Source: a virus
IMG/VR virus record: IMGVR_UViG_3300027744_000013
Span: 32,001 to 96,000 of that record
Strand: one strand, 5' to 3'
DNA length: 64,000 nucleotides
Position numbers and translations under genes: made by a program
The notes under the pieces: generated by a model
The model's input: only the letters and a program-made list of their open reading frames with translations
What the model was told of the DNA's origin: nothing
Databases searched by the model: none
Part shown: one piece after another, positions 39,433 through 47,076 of the stretch
Numbering within the stretch: the first letter of the stretch is position 1
How the letters are laid out: every line of letters starts with the position of its first letter

Positions 39433-39801
39433 TTAGAACGGAGCGTCTTCGTTCTCAACAACCTTAGCAGTCTTTGTCACGCCAGGGGCTTTGACAGCTT
39501 TGGTTGGTGCTTTGGCAACTGGTGCCTTGGCCTTAGGAGCAGCCTTAACCTTAGGAGCCTTTTCCTCAAGGTACTCTGCAATTGCTGATTGAGCAGCCGC
39601 ATCACTAAAGTCTGCCATGGTGGCAATTTGTTTCACTGCTTCATACTTTGAAACAGGAGTATCCAACTCGCACAAGCGGATGTCTTCGTGTCCGTGTTTC
39701 GCAAGTACCTTGATACGCATGATATCAGTTGCGAAGCGAACCTTGTACTCGCCGCCGAGCTTTGATACACCAACGATGTTAAATGTTTTATCTGTAGCCA
39801 T
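39433..39801 (-). CDS. Protein with Lys/Ala/Pro-rich histone-like tail
   Basis: KAPKVKAAPKAKAPVAKAP; GAGG RBS. Confidence 0.75.
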   Translation of the reverse strand: MATDKTFNIVGVSKLGGEYKVRFATDIMRIKVLAKHGHEDIRLCELDTPVSKYEAVKQIATMADFSDAAAQSAIAEYLEEKAPKVKAAPKAKAPVAKAPTKAVKAPGVTKTAKVVENEDAPF

Positions 39802-39848
39802 TTGTAATACCTCTTCTGTGTGTGATTAAAATTAGTTAAAGAACTTCT

Positions 39849-40124
39849 CTAACTGTTATTATTATAGTGCCGTTTCGCCTTCTTGTCAACCATTTTGTTT
39901 GCCTTTTGGGCAACCATTTGGAACTCTTTTTGGATATAATGTGCAACCATCATGTTCTTAATCATAATGGTTAAATCGGACCCATGATCATCTGGACAGA
40001 TGAATCGGACAGGGCAAGTGCCCCATCCACCGTATTCTACGAACTCAAAGTACCAGCGCCTATGAGCTTTGTTAGCAGGATCAAAGGCTACCAGTGGACG
40101 GGCAAGATATTCTAGTCTACTCAC
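39849..40124 (-). CDS. Early hypothetical protein
   Basis: FDPANKAHR, WGTCPVRF. Confidence 0.7.
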   Translation of the reverse strand: MSRLEYLARPLVAFDPANKAHRRWYFEFVEYGGWGTCPVRFICPDDHGSDLTIMIKNMMVAHYIQKEFQMVAQKANKMVDKKAKRHYNNNS

Positions 40125-40174
40125 GATCCCTTGCCCATTTTGCCATAATGGCTTCTAGTTGGTCCATTGCTTCT

Positions 40175-40810
40175 TTACTTGGTGTCATTTTCTTGTTCCT
40201 GTTCGTTAGTTGCACTCAACCCGCCATCAAGATCGATGTCGATATTTTCCTCTTCGTATTCAGCCATGCACTCGCTGATGCCAAACATCTCGTCCAATTC
40301 TGACGGAACGTCTTCGGCTACCTGTGTGCTAGACATGCCGCCCAGCTCATAGAAGTCATCACCGTTCTCATCATAGATACCAGCAAAGCACATGCCCGGC
40401 TCATAGTAATACAGTCGAACTGAGAAGCCCAAGTCCATGAACTTGTCCATGGCCGCTGTGGGGGGTGCCCAGGCTGAATCAAAACTCATTGTAATCTTGT
40501 TAGGGCTGTCTTGCTGTGGTTCGTTATAGTCATCACCACCTACATCCCACTTGGTGCCCCACTCATTAACGCAGTAGTCATACCATGTGGCATAACCATA
40601 GGTGCTGAGATTGTGCATGGTCTGCTCTTGCAGTTTGATCTGCTCGGGCTCTTCATCACTACCTACGCGGCCTGCTACAATCTGCAGAGCCTGTGGCACT
40701 GGACAGAACTCTGCCAGGAACCGGCCTTCAGCAAAGGCCTTCTTGGCCCGGGTAATCATTGCAGGGTCTTCGTGCTGGAGTTCCAGCGTGTTGTTGCACC
40801 AATTAGGCAT
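40175..40810 (-). CDS. YubB ferredoxin-like (DUF1281-type) protein
   Basis: MPNWCNN, WGTKWD, FDSAWAPP, YYEPGMCFAG. Confidence 0.8.
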   Translation of the reverse strand: MPNWCNNTLELQHEDPAMITRAKKAFAEGRFLAEFCPVPQALQIVAGRVGSDEEPEQIKLQEQTMHNLSTYGYATWYDYCVNEWGTKWDVGGDDYNEPQQDSPNKITMSFDSAWAPPTAAMDKFMDLGFSVRLYYYEPGMCFAGIYDENGDDFYELGGMSSTQVAEDVPSELDEMFGISECMAEYEEENIDIDLDGGLSATNEQEQENDTK

Positions 40811-40811
40811 A

Positions 40812-40955
40812 TTAGACTCCAGTGTGTAAAGGATTGCGTTTACGAAGGTGTGCCAAAGCGGCCTCTTTGCTGTCAAAGCGACCCGAGATGGGCGTTTGAT
40901 GGCTACCACGCACAATGAACCAACCTGCTAACAGGCTATTGAAGATGACTTTCAT
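40812..40955 (-). CDS. 47-aa early protein
   Basis: Read manually: MKVIFNSLLAGWFIVRGSHQTPISGRFDSKEAALAHL...; GGAG RBS. Confidence 0.6.
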   Translation of the reverse strand: MKVIFNSLLAGWFIVRGSHQTPISGRFDSKEAALAHLRKRNPLHTGV

Positions 40956-40956
40956 C

Positions 40957-41223
40957 TTAGACTCCCATTTCGTAAAAGGTTACTGAAGGATCAATGCTGA
41001 GCAGTTCTTCTGCACAACGGCTAAGGAACTTAACTCTGCGGCTTACTTCTGCACGGGGCAGTTCGCCATCGCATGTTAGGTTCTCTGGGCTCATGTCGCT
41101 GTCAATGCGATCTGCAATCTTTTGACGATCAGCGGCGTTGAGCAGGCTGAGTGGCTTGTTGCCAAACAAGGCACCCCATCGATTGATACCATCTACATAC
41201 TGTTCTATGGTTGCTATGTTCAT
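40957..41223 (-). CDS. Early hypothetical protein
   Basis: SPENLTCDGE; own promoter and leader. Confidence 0.8.
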   Translation of the reverse strand: MNIATIEQYVDGINRWGALFGNKPLSLLNAADRQKIADRIDSDMSPENLTCDGELPRAEVSRRVKFLSRCAEELLSIDPSVTFYEMGV

Positions 41224-41286
41224 AAGTTTCGCTCCTTATCTGTTTGTGTAAGTGTATATTATACTGCCAACTACCCAACTTGTCAA

Positions 41287-41595
41287 TAGTAAAGAGGAAC
41301 CATTGTGCATCTGTCTCTACCCTATGCAACGTCTACATAGGGCCTGCACGGTCATTACTACTAGATTGTCCACCGCAAGTCCGGATCCACATGGCCTAAG
41401 CCATTGATCCTGTTTCATGCTCCTGGACTTGACCAACCCCCGTCGGTATTGTCATCATCCCAGTCGCCTAGTGGTCTAGTTAACCTCAATTTGGGAGGCC
41501 GAGTCTACAAACTCGCTTCGTATCCCTTGGTTCCAACCCTTTTTGCATTTCTGCGTGGGTTCTTACATTCGAGGATCGCCTTTATCTTTTACTTG
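41287..41595 (-). ncRNA. Candidate ~300-nt structured ncRNA
   Basis: Own promoter, no convincing ORF, many nested helices, paired ends. Confidence 0.65.
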
Positions 41596-41617
41596 TTTCT
41601 ATTATAGTCTCTTTCGC

Positions 41618-41878
41618 CTACTTCGTCAATCGGAACTTGTCAATAACCCTTTTTGCTTCAAGGTTATCAGGAAGCATACCATCTTCGGCCATGCCCTTAC
41701 GATAAGTCTCAACCAGTTCCATCTTCATCATCTCTACAATGCTCTCGCACTCGGCCTTTTCCCGCTTGGGCAAGGTAGCAATGAATCGTTCTGCATCACT
41801 CCACTCTTCAATGCTCCACAGAATGTCTGCTAGAACCTTTTGGCGGGCATTGAGGCCCTCTAATGTGATCTCAACCAT
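41618..41878 (-). CDS. Early hypothetical protein
   Basis: Coupled ORF. Confidence 0.7.
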   Translation of the reverse strand: MVEITLEGLNARQKVLADILWSIEEWSDAERFIATLPKREKAECESIVEMMKMELVETYRKGMAEDGMLPDNLEAKRVIDKFRLTK

Positions 41879-42017
41879 TGTCGCGTCCTTTGTGTTTGGG
41901 GTTGCGTTTAAATTTTACCTTGCTCTGCACAACCTTCTGCTTGAAGGGTGTGTCCTTGCAGAACAGGACAATGTGTGCCCTGACCTGCTTGGGTAGTTTG
42001 ATTGTAATCTTCATCAT
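41871..42017 (-). CDS. Basic 48-aa peptide
   Basis: Own promoter; PFKQKVV..K..FKR.PKH. Confidence 0.65.
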   Translation of the reverse strand: MMKITIKLPKQVRAHIVLFCKDTPFKQKVVQSKVKFKRNPKHKGRDNG

Positions 42018-42096
42018 GTGCTCCTGTCTGTATAAATGTATTATACAACCAAAAGCCCAAAGCGTCAACCGCTAAACAGCGGGGCCTGGTCTAGTG

Positions 42097-42291
42097 TTAG
42101 GCTCCGTAGTAGTCGGGCGACTCGGTGTCCTGTGGCGTTTCCGCAACATCTTCACGGGCCACCCCAAAGTCATCCAGTACATCGTAGACATACTCAATTG
42201 GGATCAACAGCTCTGCGGCAATAGCCTTTGCACCGTAGCCCTCAATGAATAGGGTCTCTACATCGTAATACATATCTTTGACTGCACCCAT
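42097..42291 (-). CDS. Early hypothetical protein
   Basis: TAATG coupling. Confidence 0.7.
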   Translation of the reverse strand: MGAVKDMYYDVETLFIEGYGAKAIAAELLIPIEYVYDVLDDFGVAREDVAETPQDTESPDYYGA

Positions 42292-42521
42292 TATGCGTTC
42301 TCCATCTCTTTGCGTTGTTCAACTTCTGCTACCAACTCCTCGTCTGAGAAGTTACCGTAGCCCTTAAATCCATCTTCCAGGTATGTCCAAAGCAGTTCTA
42401 GACCCCCGTCGTCTGTAGACATTATATAGTCAAAGTCGCTTTGGGTCAAGTAGTCAACGGCTGTTTCTCTATCGAATAGCTTGTCTTTCGCACTCGCCTT
42501 TTTGCTTTGGAATCCAGTCAT
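42291..42521 (-). CDS. Early hypothetical protein
   Basis: TAATG coupling. Confidence 0.7.
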   Translation of the reverse strand: MTGFQSKKASAKDKLFDRETAVDYLTQSDFDYIMSTDDGGLELLWTYLEDGFKGYGNFSDEELVAEVEQRKEMENA

Positions 42522-42988
42522 TATGCGTACTCCCCTTCTGTGAGGAACGCTTCTTCAAGCGTCACATAGTTGTCGCTGTGGTCTGCTACAAACCAAACAG
42601 CCTTGCCGTTGACGTTGCGCAGGATGTACTCAAATTCTTCGTACTGGTGATTGGCAACATAGTCTGCATAGTCTTTGAACTTCTTAGCAGGGCACTTCTC
42701 GTTGCGATCACGTCCGTAGAATGTACACATATTCTCTACCAGTGCTTCGTGTGCATCGCGTTCCTCTTTGGTTTCCAATTGGAATGAGCTAAACGGATGT
42801 TGGACGCCAATGGTAGGGCGCAGGCTAGACAAGTCACCCAAGTCAATCAGCCTGCGCAGTTTGAACGGGTCACTGTAATGTTCAGCAAGGATCTTGCCGT
42901 TGTTGCTCAAGTAACCGTCCCAGTGGCAGTATACCTGCTCTACTGTACCGTCTGCGTATTCAAGTGCGATTGTTGAACGTGTTCCCAT
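42521..42988 (-). CDS. Early protein with YCHWDGY motif
   Basis: MGTRSTI...YCHWDGY...YGRDR; own promoter. Confidence 0.8.
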   Translation of the reverse strand: MGTRSTIALEYADGTVEQVYCHWDGYLSNNGKILAEHYSDPFKLRRLIDLGDLSSLRPTIGVQHPFSSFQLETKEERDAHEALVENMCTFYGRDRNEKCPAKKFKDYADYVANHQYEEFEYILRNVNGKAVWFVADHSDNYVTLEEAFLTEGEYA

Positions 42989-43044
42989 TTTAGCTCCTAG
43001 TGTGTTTGTGTATGTGTATATTATAGCGCCTTTTGGGCACCCAG

Positions 43045-43257
43045 TCAATCAGCCCAGCATTCCGTGGCCAAGCGTGTGGTTATTGTTTCACCACCAATGT
43101 AGTCACCTGAGAAGCCATGCTTGTTCTCCAGCACAAGAGCCACGCCAGCATAAGTCTTCTTGATCTCTATGATCTTGGCCCATTGCTCGATGTCGCTCTT
43201 GAAGGCCACGTTGTCGCCTACCTTAACTTCTACATCATGTACCATGCAAGTCTTCAT
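43045..43257 (-). CDS. Early hypothetical protein
   Basis: Own promoter and leader. Confidence 0.75.
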   Translation of the reverse strand: MKTCMVHDVEVKVGDNVAFKSDIEQWAKIIEIKKTYAGVALVLENKHGFSGDYIGGETITTRLATECWAD

Positions 43258-43322
43258 AGTTCGCTCCTAGTGTGTTTGTGTATGTGTTAATTATAACAGG
43301 GAACCCAGTCCCTGTCAACCAA

Positions 43323-43520
43323 TTAGCGATTGGCAAACTCGCAGTCGGCACCCTCGGGACCAACCTTGACTTCGTCGTACCAGGTAATCTCATACCCAAA
43401 GTCCTCGCCCTCCAAGACTGCGATACGAGCCAGGGCCAGCTTGGCAGTGGGATACACTCCGTAGATCATGCTCTCAGGAGCGCCACGGTATTCAGCACGA
43501 ACAATAAAAATAGAAGTCAT
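43323..43520 (-). CDS. Early hypothetical protein
   Basis: Own promoter. Confidence 0.7.
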   Translation of the reverse strand: MTSIFIVRAEYRGAPESMIYGVYPTAKLALARIAVLEGEDFGYEITWYDEVKVGPEGADCEFANR

Positions 43521-43561
43521 TTTGTTTCCTTAGTGTGTTGCGATGTGTGTATTATAACGTC

Positions 43562-43810
43562 TCAAGCCCACTCTGTCAACTGGACGTCAGCAATAACCCT
43601 ACTGCCTGTATGGGTAAGGAATACCTTAGTGCTGTCAGAACCGCCCTTGCACAGGAAGACTGCCATGTAGCAGAACTGCCCACCGTTGGTGATGCCCAGG
43701 AACTTGCATGAGCTGAACGCAGGGCCCTTGTAGCCCGCATCCTTGGCCGCCCGGGTTAGGGCTGGTGCTGAGAAGCTGATAAGGGTCTTAAGTGTGTCAG
43801 GTGTGATCAT
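43562..43810 (-). CDS. Early hypothetical protein
   Basis: ATGA coupling. Confidence 0.7.
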   Translation of the reverse strand: MITPDTLKTLISFSAPALTRAAKDAGYKGPAFSSCKFLGITNGGQFCYMAVFLCKGGSDSTKVFLTHTGSRVIADVQLTEWA

Positions 43811-44055
43811 GCCAGCACCACTACCTTTCTAACGTCTGTACGCAAGTCGCCAGTCTCTTTATCAAACTGGTCCTCGTACTCCCCTACCATCTTGTCCATG
43901 CGGTGGTACTCACTGTACTCCACTACACCCTCGTCAACCCTATCAATCTTAGGGGCTACTTCTGTGCGCCAGTGGTCGCCGTAGCAGTAGCTGAAGTGGA
44001 CCTCTGCGTCCTGATCCATATACTTGAGGGATTCGATAAGTTCTTTGACTAGCAT
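43807..44055 (-). CDS. Early hypothetical protein
   Basis: MLVKELIE.L; own promoter and leader. Confidence 0.75.
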   Translation of the reverse strand: MLVKELIESLKYMDQDAEVHFSYCYGDHWRTEVAPKIDRVDEGVVEYSEYHRMDKMVGEYEDQFDKETGDLRTDVRKVVVLA

Positions 44056-44105
44056 AGTTTCGCTCCTATTGCGTTGTTGATGTATGTATTATAACGCCTT
44101 TTGGG

Positions 44106-44372
44106 TTAGGCGTCAACCGCTTCTTTAAAATAGACAACTTTGATTGTGCCTTTTGCACGATCTTCTACGAACACGTATTCTGCACTTTCGTTAAAATTAG
44201 CACGTGGATCGCTTAGGACCTTCTTAGTCATAATCTTAACACTGCGCACACTAACAGAACCCTGCCAGTCTTCGTGGGCCACGTTTTCGTTGTAGCTGTA
44301 TTTGCCGAGGCATCCGCACATACAACCGATCTTGCCCGAATATACTTTGGCCACTTTGCTGATGTCTAACAT
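44106..44372 (-). CDS. Early hypothetical protein
   Basis: YSGK.GCMCGC.GKY; own promoter and leader. Confidence 0.75.
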   Translation of the reverse strand: MLDISKVAKVYSGKIGCMCGCLGKYSYNENVAHEDWQGSVSVRSVKIMTKKVLSDPRANFNESAEYVFVEDRAKGTIKVVYFKEAVDA

Positions 44373-44467
44373 AGTTTCGCTCCTAATGTTTGTTTGTATG
44401 TGTGTATTATAGCACTGTTTGGGCAAAGCGTCAACCGCGTTAAAAAAAGCCCCTAAGGGCTGTAGGG

Positions 44468-44629
44468 TTATGCTACTGCTTTATAAACTATTACAGTAGT
44501 GTCCGCAAAATCTGCGTGTGCATTGTAAAATGCTTGTGCTCGTGCAATAGCGTCTTCTGCGCTAGTTGCTGTTACTACGCACAAATCTTCTATGTTGTCG
44601 TAACGCAAATAAACTGTGTATTTCTGCAT
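44468..44629 (-). CDS. 53-aa early protein, GA/GG-free template
   Basis: Read manually: MQKYTVYLRYDNIEDLCVVTATSAEDAIARA...; own promoter. Confidence 0.7.
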   Translation of the reverse strand: MQKYTVYLRYDNIEDLCVVTATSAEDAIARAQAFYNAHADFADTTVIVYKAVA

Positions 44630-44764
44630 GGTGTTTCCTTTGTTGCTAAGTGTTAATTATAGCGCAAAGGGTCCAAAACGTCAACAGCTTTGTGCAAAGA
44701 CCCTGATGTCAACCAGGTCTTTTTTTAGGCCGTAAAAAAACCCTACGTAGTGTAGGGTTTCTTA

Positions 44765-44977
44765 TTATGCTCCGACTTTTGCAAGAACTTCTGTTACATG
44801 TTCTACCAACTGCCAGACGGGTCGTTTCTGCGTATCGGTATAGCGGATAGCTGGCTTGCCGTTTTTAAAGTCATTGTTGATCTCTTCAACGATAACAATA
44901 ATAGCGGGACTACTGCCAAACCCTTCGCGTACTTTTACGATGGAGCCGACTTCTATTTGGTCTACTGTTACATACAT
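44765..44977 (-). CDS. Early hypothetical protein
   Basis: AAGGAGG RBS. Confidence 0.7.
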   Translation of the reverse strand: MYVTVDQIEVGSIVKVREGFGSSPAIIVIVEEINNDFKNGKPAIRYTDTQKRPVWQLVEHVTEVLAKVGA

Positions 44978-45008
44978 GATAGCACCCTCCTTAGTATAGT
45001 CTTATTTA

Positions 45009-45218
45009 TTAATAAAAAAGGCCTAGTACATATAGAGCGAGCAGTACTCCGTTAACAATAATTAAATTAGTTTCCTTAATGCGCACAGCCCAAATCAAGT
45101 ACAGTAGGGCCCCCGCATTTAGAAAGTATATGTTAAGGGGGTCTATGCGCAGGCTAGTAAACAGGGCCCCTGCTAGCACTGTAGCGCACCCTGCCCATTT
45201 TAGTATGTTGTTTAACAT
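45009..45218 (-). CDS. Small membrane protein
   Basis: Three hydrophobic segments; TAATG coupling. Confidence 0.7.
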   Translation of the reverse strand: MLNNILKWAGCATVLAGALFTSLRIDPLNIYFLNAGALLYLIWAVRIKETNLIIVNGVLLALYVLGLFY

Positions 45219-45595
45219 TACAGTTCCATGCTCGCATAGCCGTCGTCTTGCATACCCTGCTCTGTAAACATAACGTCTGTACCTAGCAGTGTGCTAATCG
45301 CATCTACAAAACCGCTGTCTGTGTACAGTCTCCAGCTGTCCTCGTACTCCGCATCGCCGTTAACCGTGTAGCACACTGCAATGTGTATGCTACTGTCGCC
45401 GTCCAATTCGTCCCACCATGTCTCGTGTATGTGTATGCTTGTAACTGTAACTGCCTCAATCTCGCAGTCCCATATACTGTCACCTGCAAGTTGCACCTCT
45501 ACGTTGCAGTCGTATGTTGTACTAATACTGTCTGTGTTAGTCTCTGTACTTGCCAGTGTCAGCTTGTTGCTAACTTCAAATTGTGTTGCTTGCAT
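45218..45595 (-). CDS. Acidic early protein, GA/GG-free template
   Basis: IYTD-like YTDSGF, FTEQGMQ; own promoter; no Pro. Confidence 0.8.
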   Translation of the reverse strand: MQATQFEVSNKLTLASTETNTDSISTTYDCNVEVQLAGDSIWDCEIEAVTVTSIHIHETWWDELDGDSSIHIAVCYTVNGDAEYEDSWRLYTDSGFVDAISTLLGTDVMFTEQGMQDDGYASMEL

Positions 45596-45635
45596 AGTTT
45601 TCGCTCCTAATGCTTGTTAAAAATTAATTATACAC

Positions 45636-45791
45636 TCAATCTACGTAATAGTCAACCGCTTCTGTTAGCTTGTGCAAAGCACCCTCTAACTCAGCAAAGC
45701 ACCCCATCTCTGCTAGTTGCTCGCCGTCCAGCGTTGCCTCTAACAGCATGTCTTCTACTTCTGCTAGCTTTGCAAGTATCTCGTCTCTCAT
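45636..45791 (-). CDS. 51-aa acidic early protein, GA/GG-free template
   Basis: Read manually: MRDEILAKLAEVEDMLLEATLDG...EAVDYYVD; AAGGAG RBS. Confidence 0.7.
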   Translation of the reverse strand: MRDEILAKLAEVEDMLLEATLDGEQLAEMGCFAELEGALHKLTEAVDYYVD

Positions 45792-45792
45792 T

Positions 45793-46011
45793 TTACGCTC
45801 CTTCTGTGTAAGTATAACCCACTTCGCCTGCTAGTGCGCAGTCCATCCACTCCTCAAAGCAGTCCTCTGCGTACTCCTCTTCCCAAATTAGTATTTCGTC
45901 ACAGCTAGCAATCTCCTTGCCGCGTTGTAGCGTTACCTTTACAGTACTACCGCTAGCATATTCGCTAGTGTAATAGCCTGCCGCTTCTATGTTTACTACT
46001 TTTACTTTCAT
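45793..46011 (-). CDS. Acidic early protein, GA/GG-free template
   Basis: Own promoter and leader; no Pro. Confidence 0.75.
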   Translation of the reverse strand: MKVKVVNIEAAGYYTSEYASGSTVKVTLQRGKEIASCDEILIWEEEYAEDCFEEWMDCALAGEVGYTYTEGA

Positions 46012-46088
46012 TTCGCTCCTTTGTTGCTAAGTGTTAATTATAGCGCATTTAGCCAAAACTGTCAAATGCGCTATAAAGACCCTACAGT

Positions 46089-46343
46089 TTACTCTACAAA
46101 TTCTACGCTGTTTGTGCGTAGTTGTGCGTAAACGCTAGGCAATACAGTACTTAATTCTTGTGCTAAGTTTTCTGCAAGTAAGTCGCCGCTAACATAAGCG
46201 CATTTTGCTTGTGTAGGAAATGCATACTTTACTATGCCTGCTGTAGTAATTGTTTTGTGTGCGTTAAACGCCACAACTAGTTTGTAAGATTTAAGTTTTT
46301 TGTTAAAAACTAACTTGGCTTTTGCAACACAATTTGTAAGCAT
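46089..46343 (-). CDS. Early hypothetical protein, GA/GG-poor template
   Basis: Own promoter. Confidence 0.75.
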   Translation of the reverse strand: MLTNCVAKAKLVFNKKLKSYKLVVAFNAHKTITTAGIVKYAFPTQAKCAYVSGDLLAENLAQELSTVLPSVYAQLRTNSVEFVE

Positions 46344-46441
46344 TTGGTTTCCTTTTTGTTTAAGTGTTAATTATACTGCACTTAGCCCAAAGTGTCAAGC
46401 CAAAAAAGAATAACCCTGGAGCCAGCAGGGTTATCCATGGT

Positions 46442-46762
46442 TCACAAGTACTGGTCGTTCAAGCTGGGCACTTGTTCCTTAACCAGTGCTCGTTCGTATG
46501 CATAGGCTTCCTTGCGTCCGCGTATGATTGCGAGAACCCGGTGTTCCCAAGCCCAATCCATAGCACCCATCTTCAAGTACTCGTACAGGACCCAAGCCCT
46601 GTTTTCGTTACGGGCACGGCTGATATGCTTGCGCCACCGTTCCTTAACCACCTTGTTGACATTGGCCAGGCTCTTGCGTGTTAGGCCAATGTAGTTCTCG
46701 CCGTGCTCATCCGTCATTTCGTATATGATGTAGTTGCAGTCTACTCGGGTTTTACGTCTCAT
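46442..46762 (-). CDS. GIY-YIG nuclease-like protein
   Basis: YIIY...YIGLT, RWRKH, E...LN; own promoter and leader. Confidence 0.75.
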   Translation of the reverse strand: MRRKTRVDCNYIIYEMTDEHGENYIGLTRKSLANVNKVVKERWRKHISRARNENRAWVLYEYLKMGAMDWAWEHRVLAIIRGRKEAYAYERALVKEQVPSLNDQYL

Positions 46763-46863
46763 GGTTCGCTCCAATCTCTCAGTATCTTATTATAACATTT
46801 GGAACCCAAAGTGTCAACCGCCAAAAATACCCACACTCAGCCCAGGGTCTCTCTAAAAGCCGT

Positions 46864-46892
46864 TTGACAGGAAGGCCAAAAGACAGTATAAT
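46864..46892 (+). promoter_or_regulatory. Consensus sigma70 promoter divergent from the early array
   Basis: TTGACA-17-TATAAT. Confidence 0.85.
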
Positions 46893-47076
46893 ATACACAT
46901 GTTCGAACTTAGAGGGGGTGGACGTGGAGAGCGGGCGAAAGGTTCTCTGTTAGTAAGCGCCAACTAACTTAGGCGGCTGTGGCGAAAAAACAACGACCTG
47001 GTTGACAAAAGGGTTATACAAAAATCCGGTTGACAAAACGGATTTGGACGGAGCGCCTCCGGCCCCTAAACGCCGT

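Larger units (their letters stand above)
35531..46817 (-). promoter_or_regulatory. Array of 22 sigma70-type promoters (TTGAC[A/G/T]-17-TATAAT) with A/C-rich GGAGCGAA leaders
   Basis: -10 boxes at + coordinates 35564, 35971, 36297, 36672, 37158, 37907, 38776, 38871 (TATACT), 39861, 41258, 41601, 42040, 43020, 43290, 43551, 44088, 44406, 44656, 45627, 46037, 46370, 46789. Confidence 0.9.

Noticed and set aside
40840-40857. Sigma54-like TTGGCAC site on the minus strand
   Set aside because: The -12 element does not match and the site lies inside a 47-aa ORF
41404-41833. Plus-strand ORFs over the candidate ncRNA
   Set aside because: Antisense to the promoter array with weak start codons; the internal minus-strand ATG near 41418 has the SD too close and gives only a short peptide
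45167-46077. UV-dimer avoidance as the cause of the dinucleotide gap
   Set aside because: The template strand is rich in TT, TC and CC, the opposite of what protecting transcription from dimers would need
35531-46817. Repeats as a CRISPR array or integron attC cassettes
   Set aside because: Repeats are degenerate promoter/RBS units hundreds of bp apart; no constant spacer length, cas gene, integrase or attC-type inverted boxes seen
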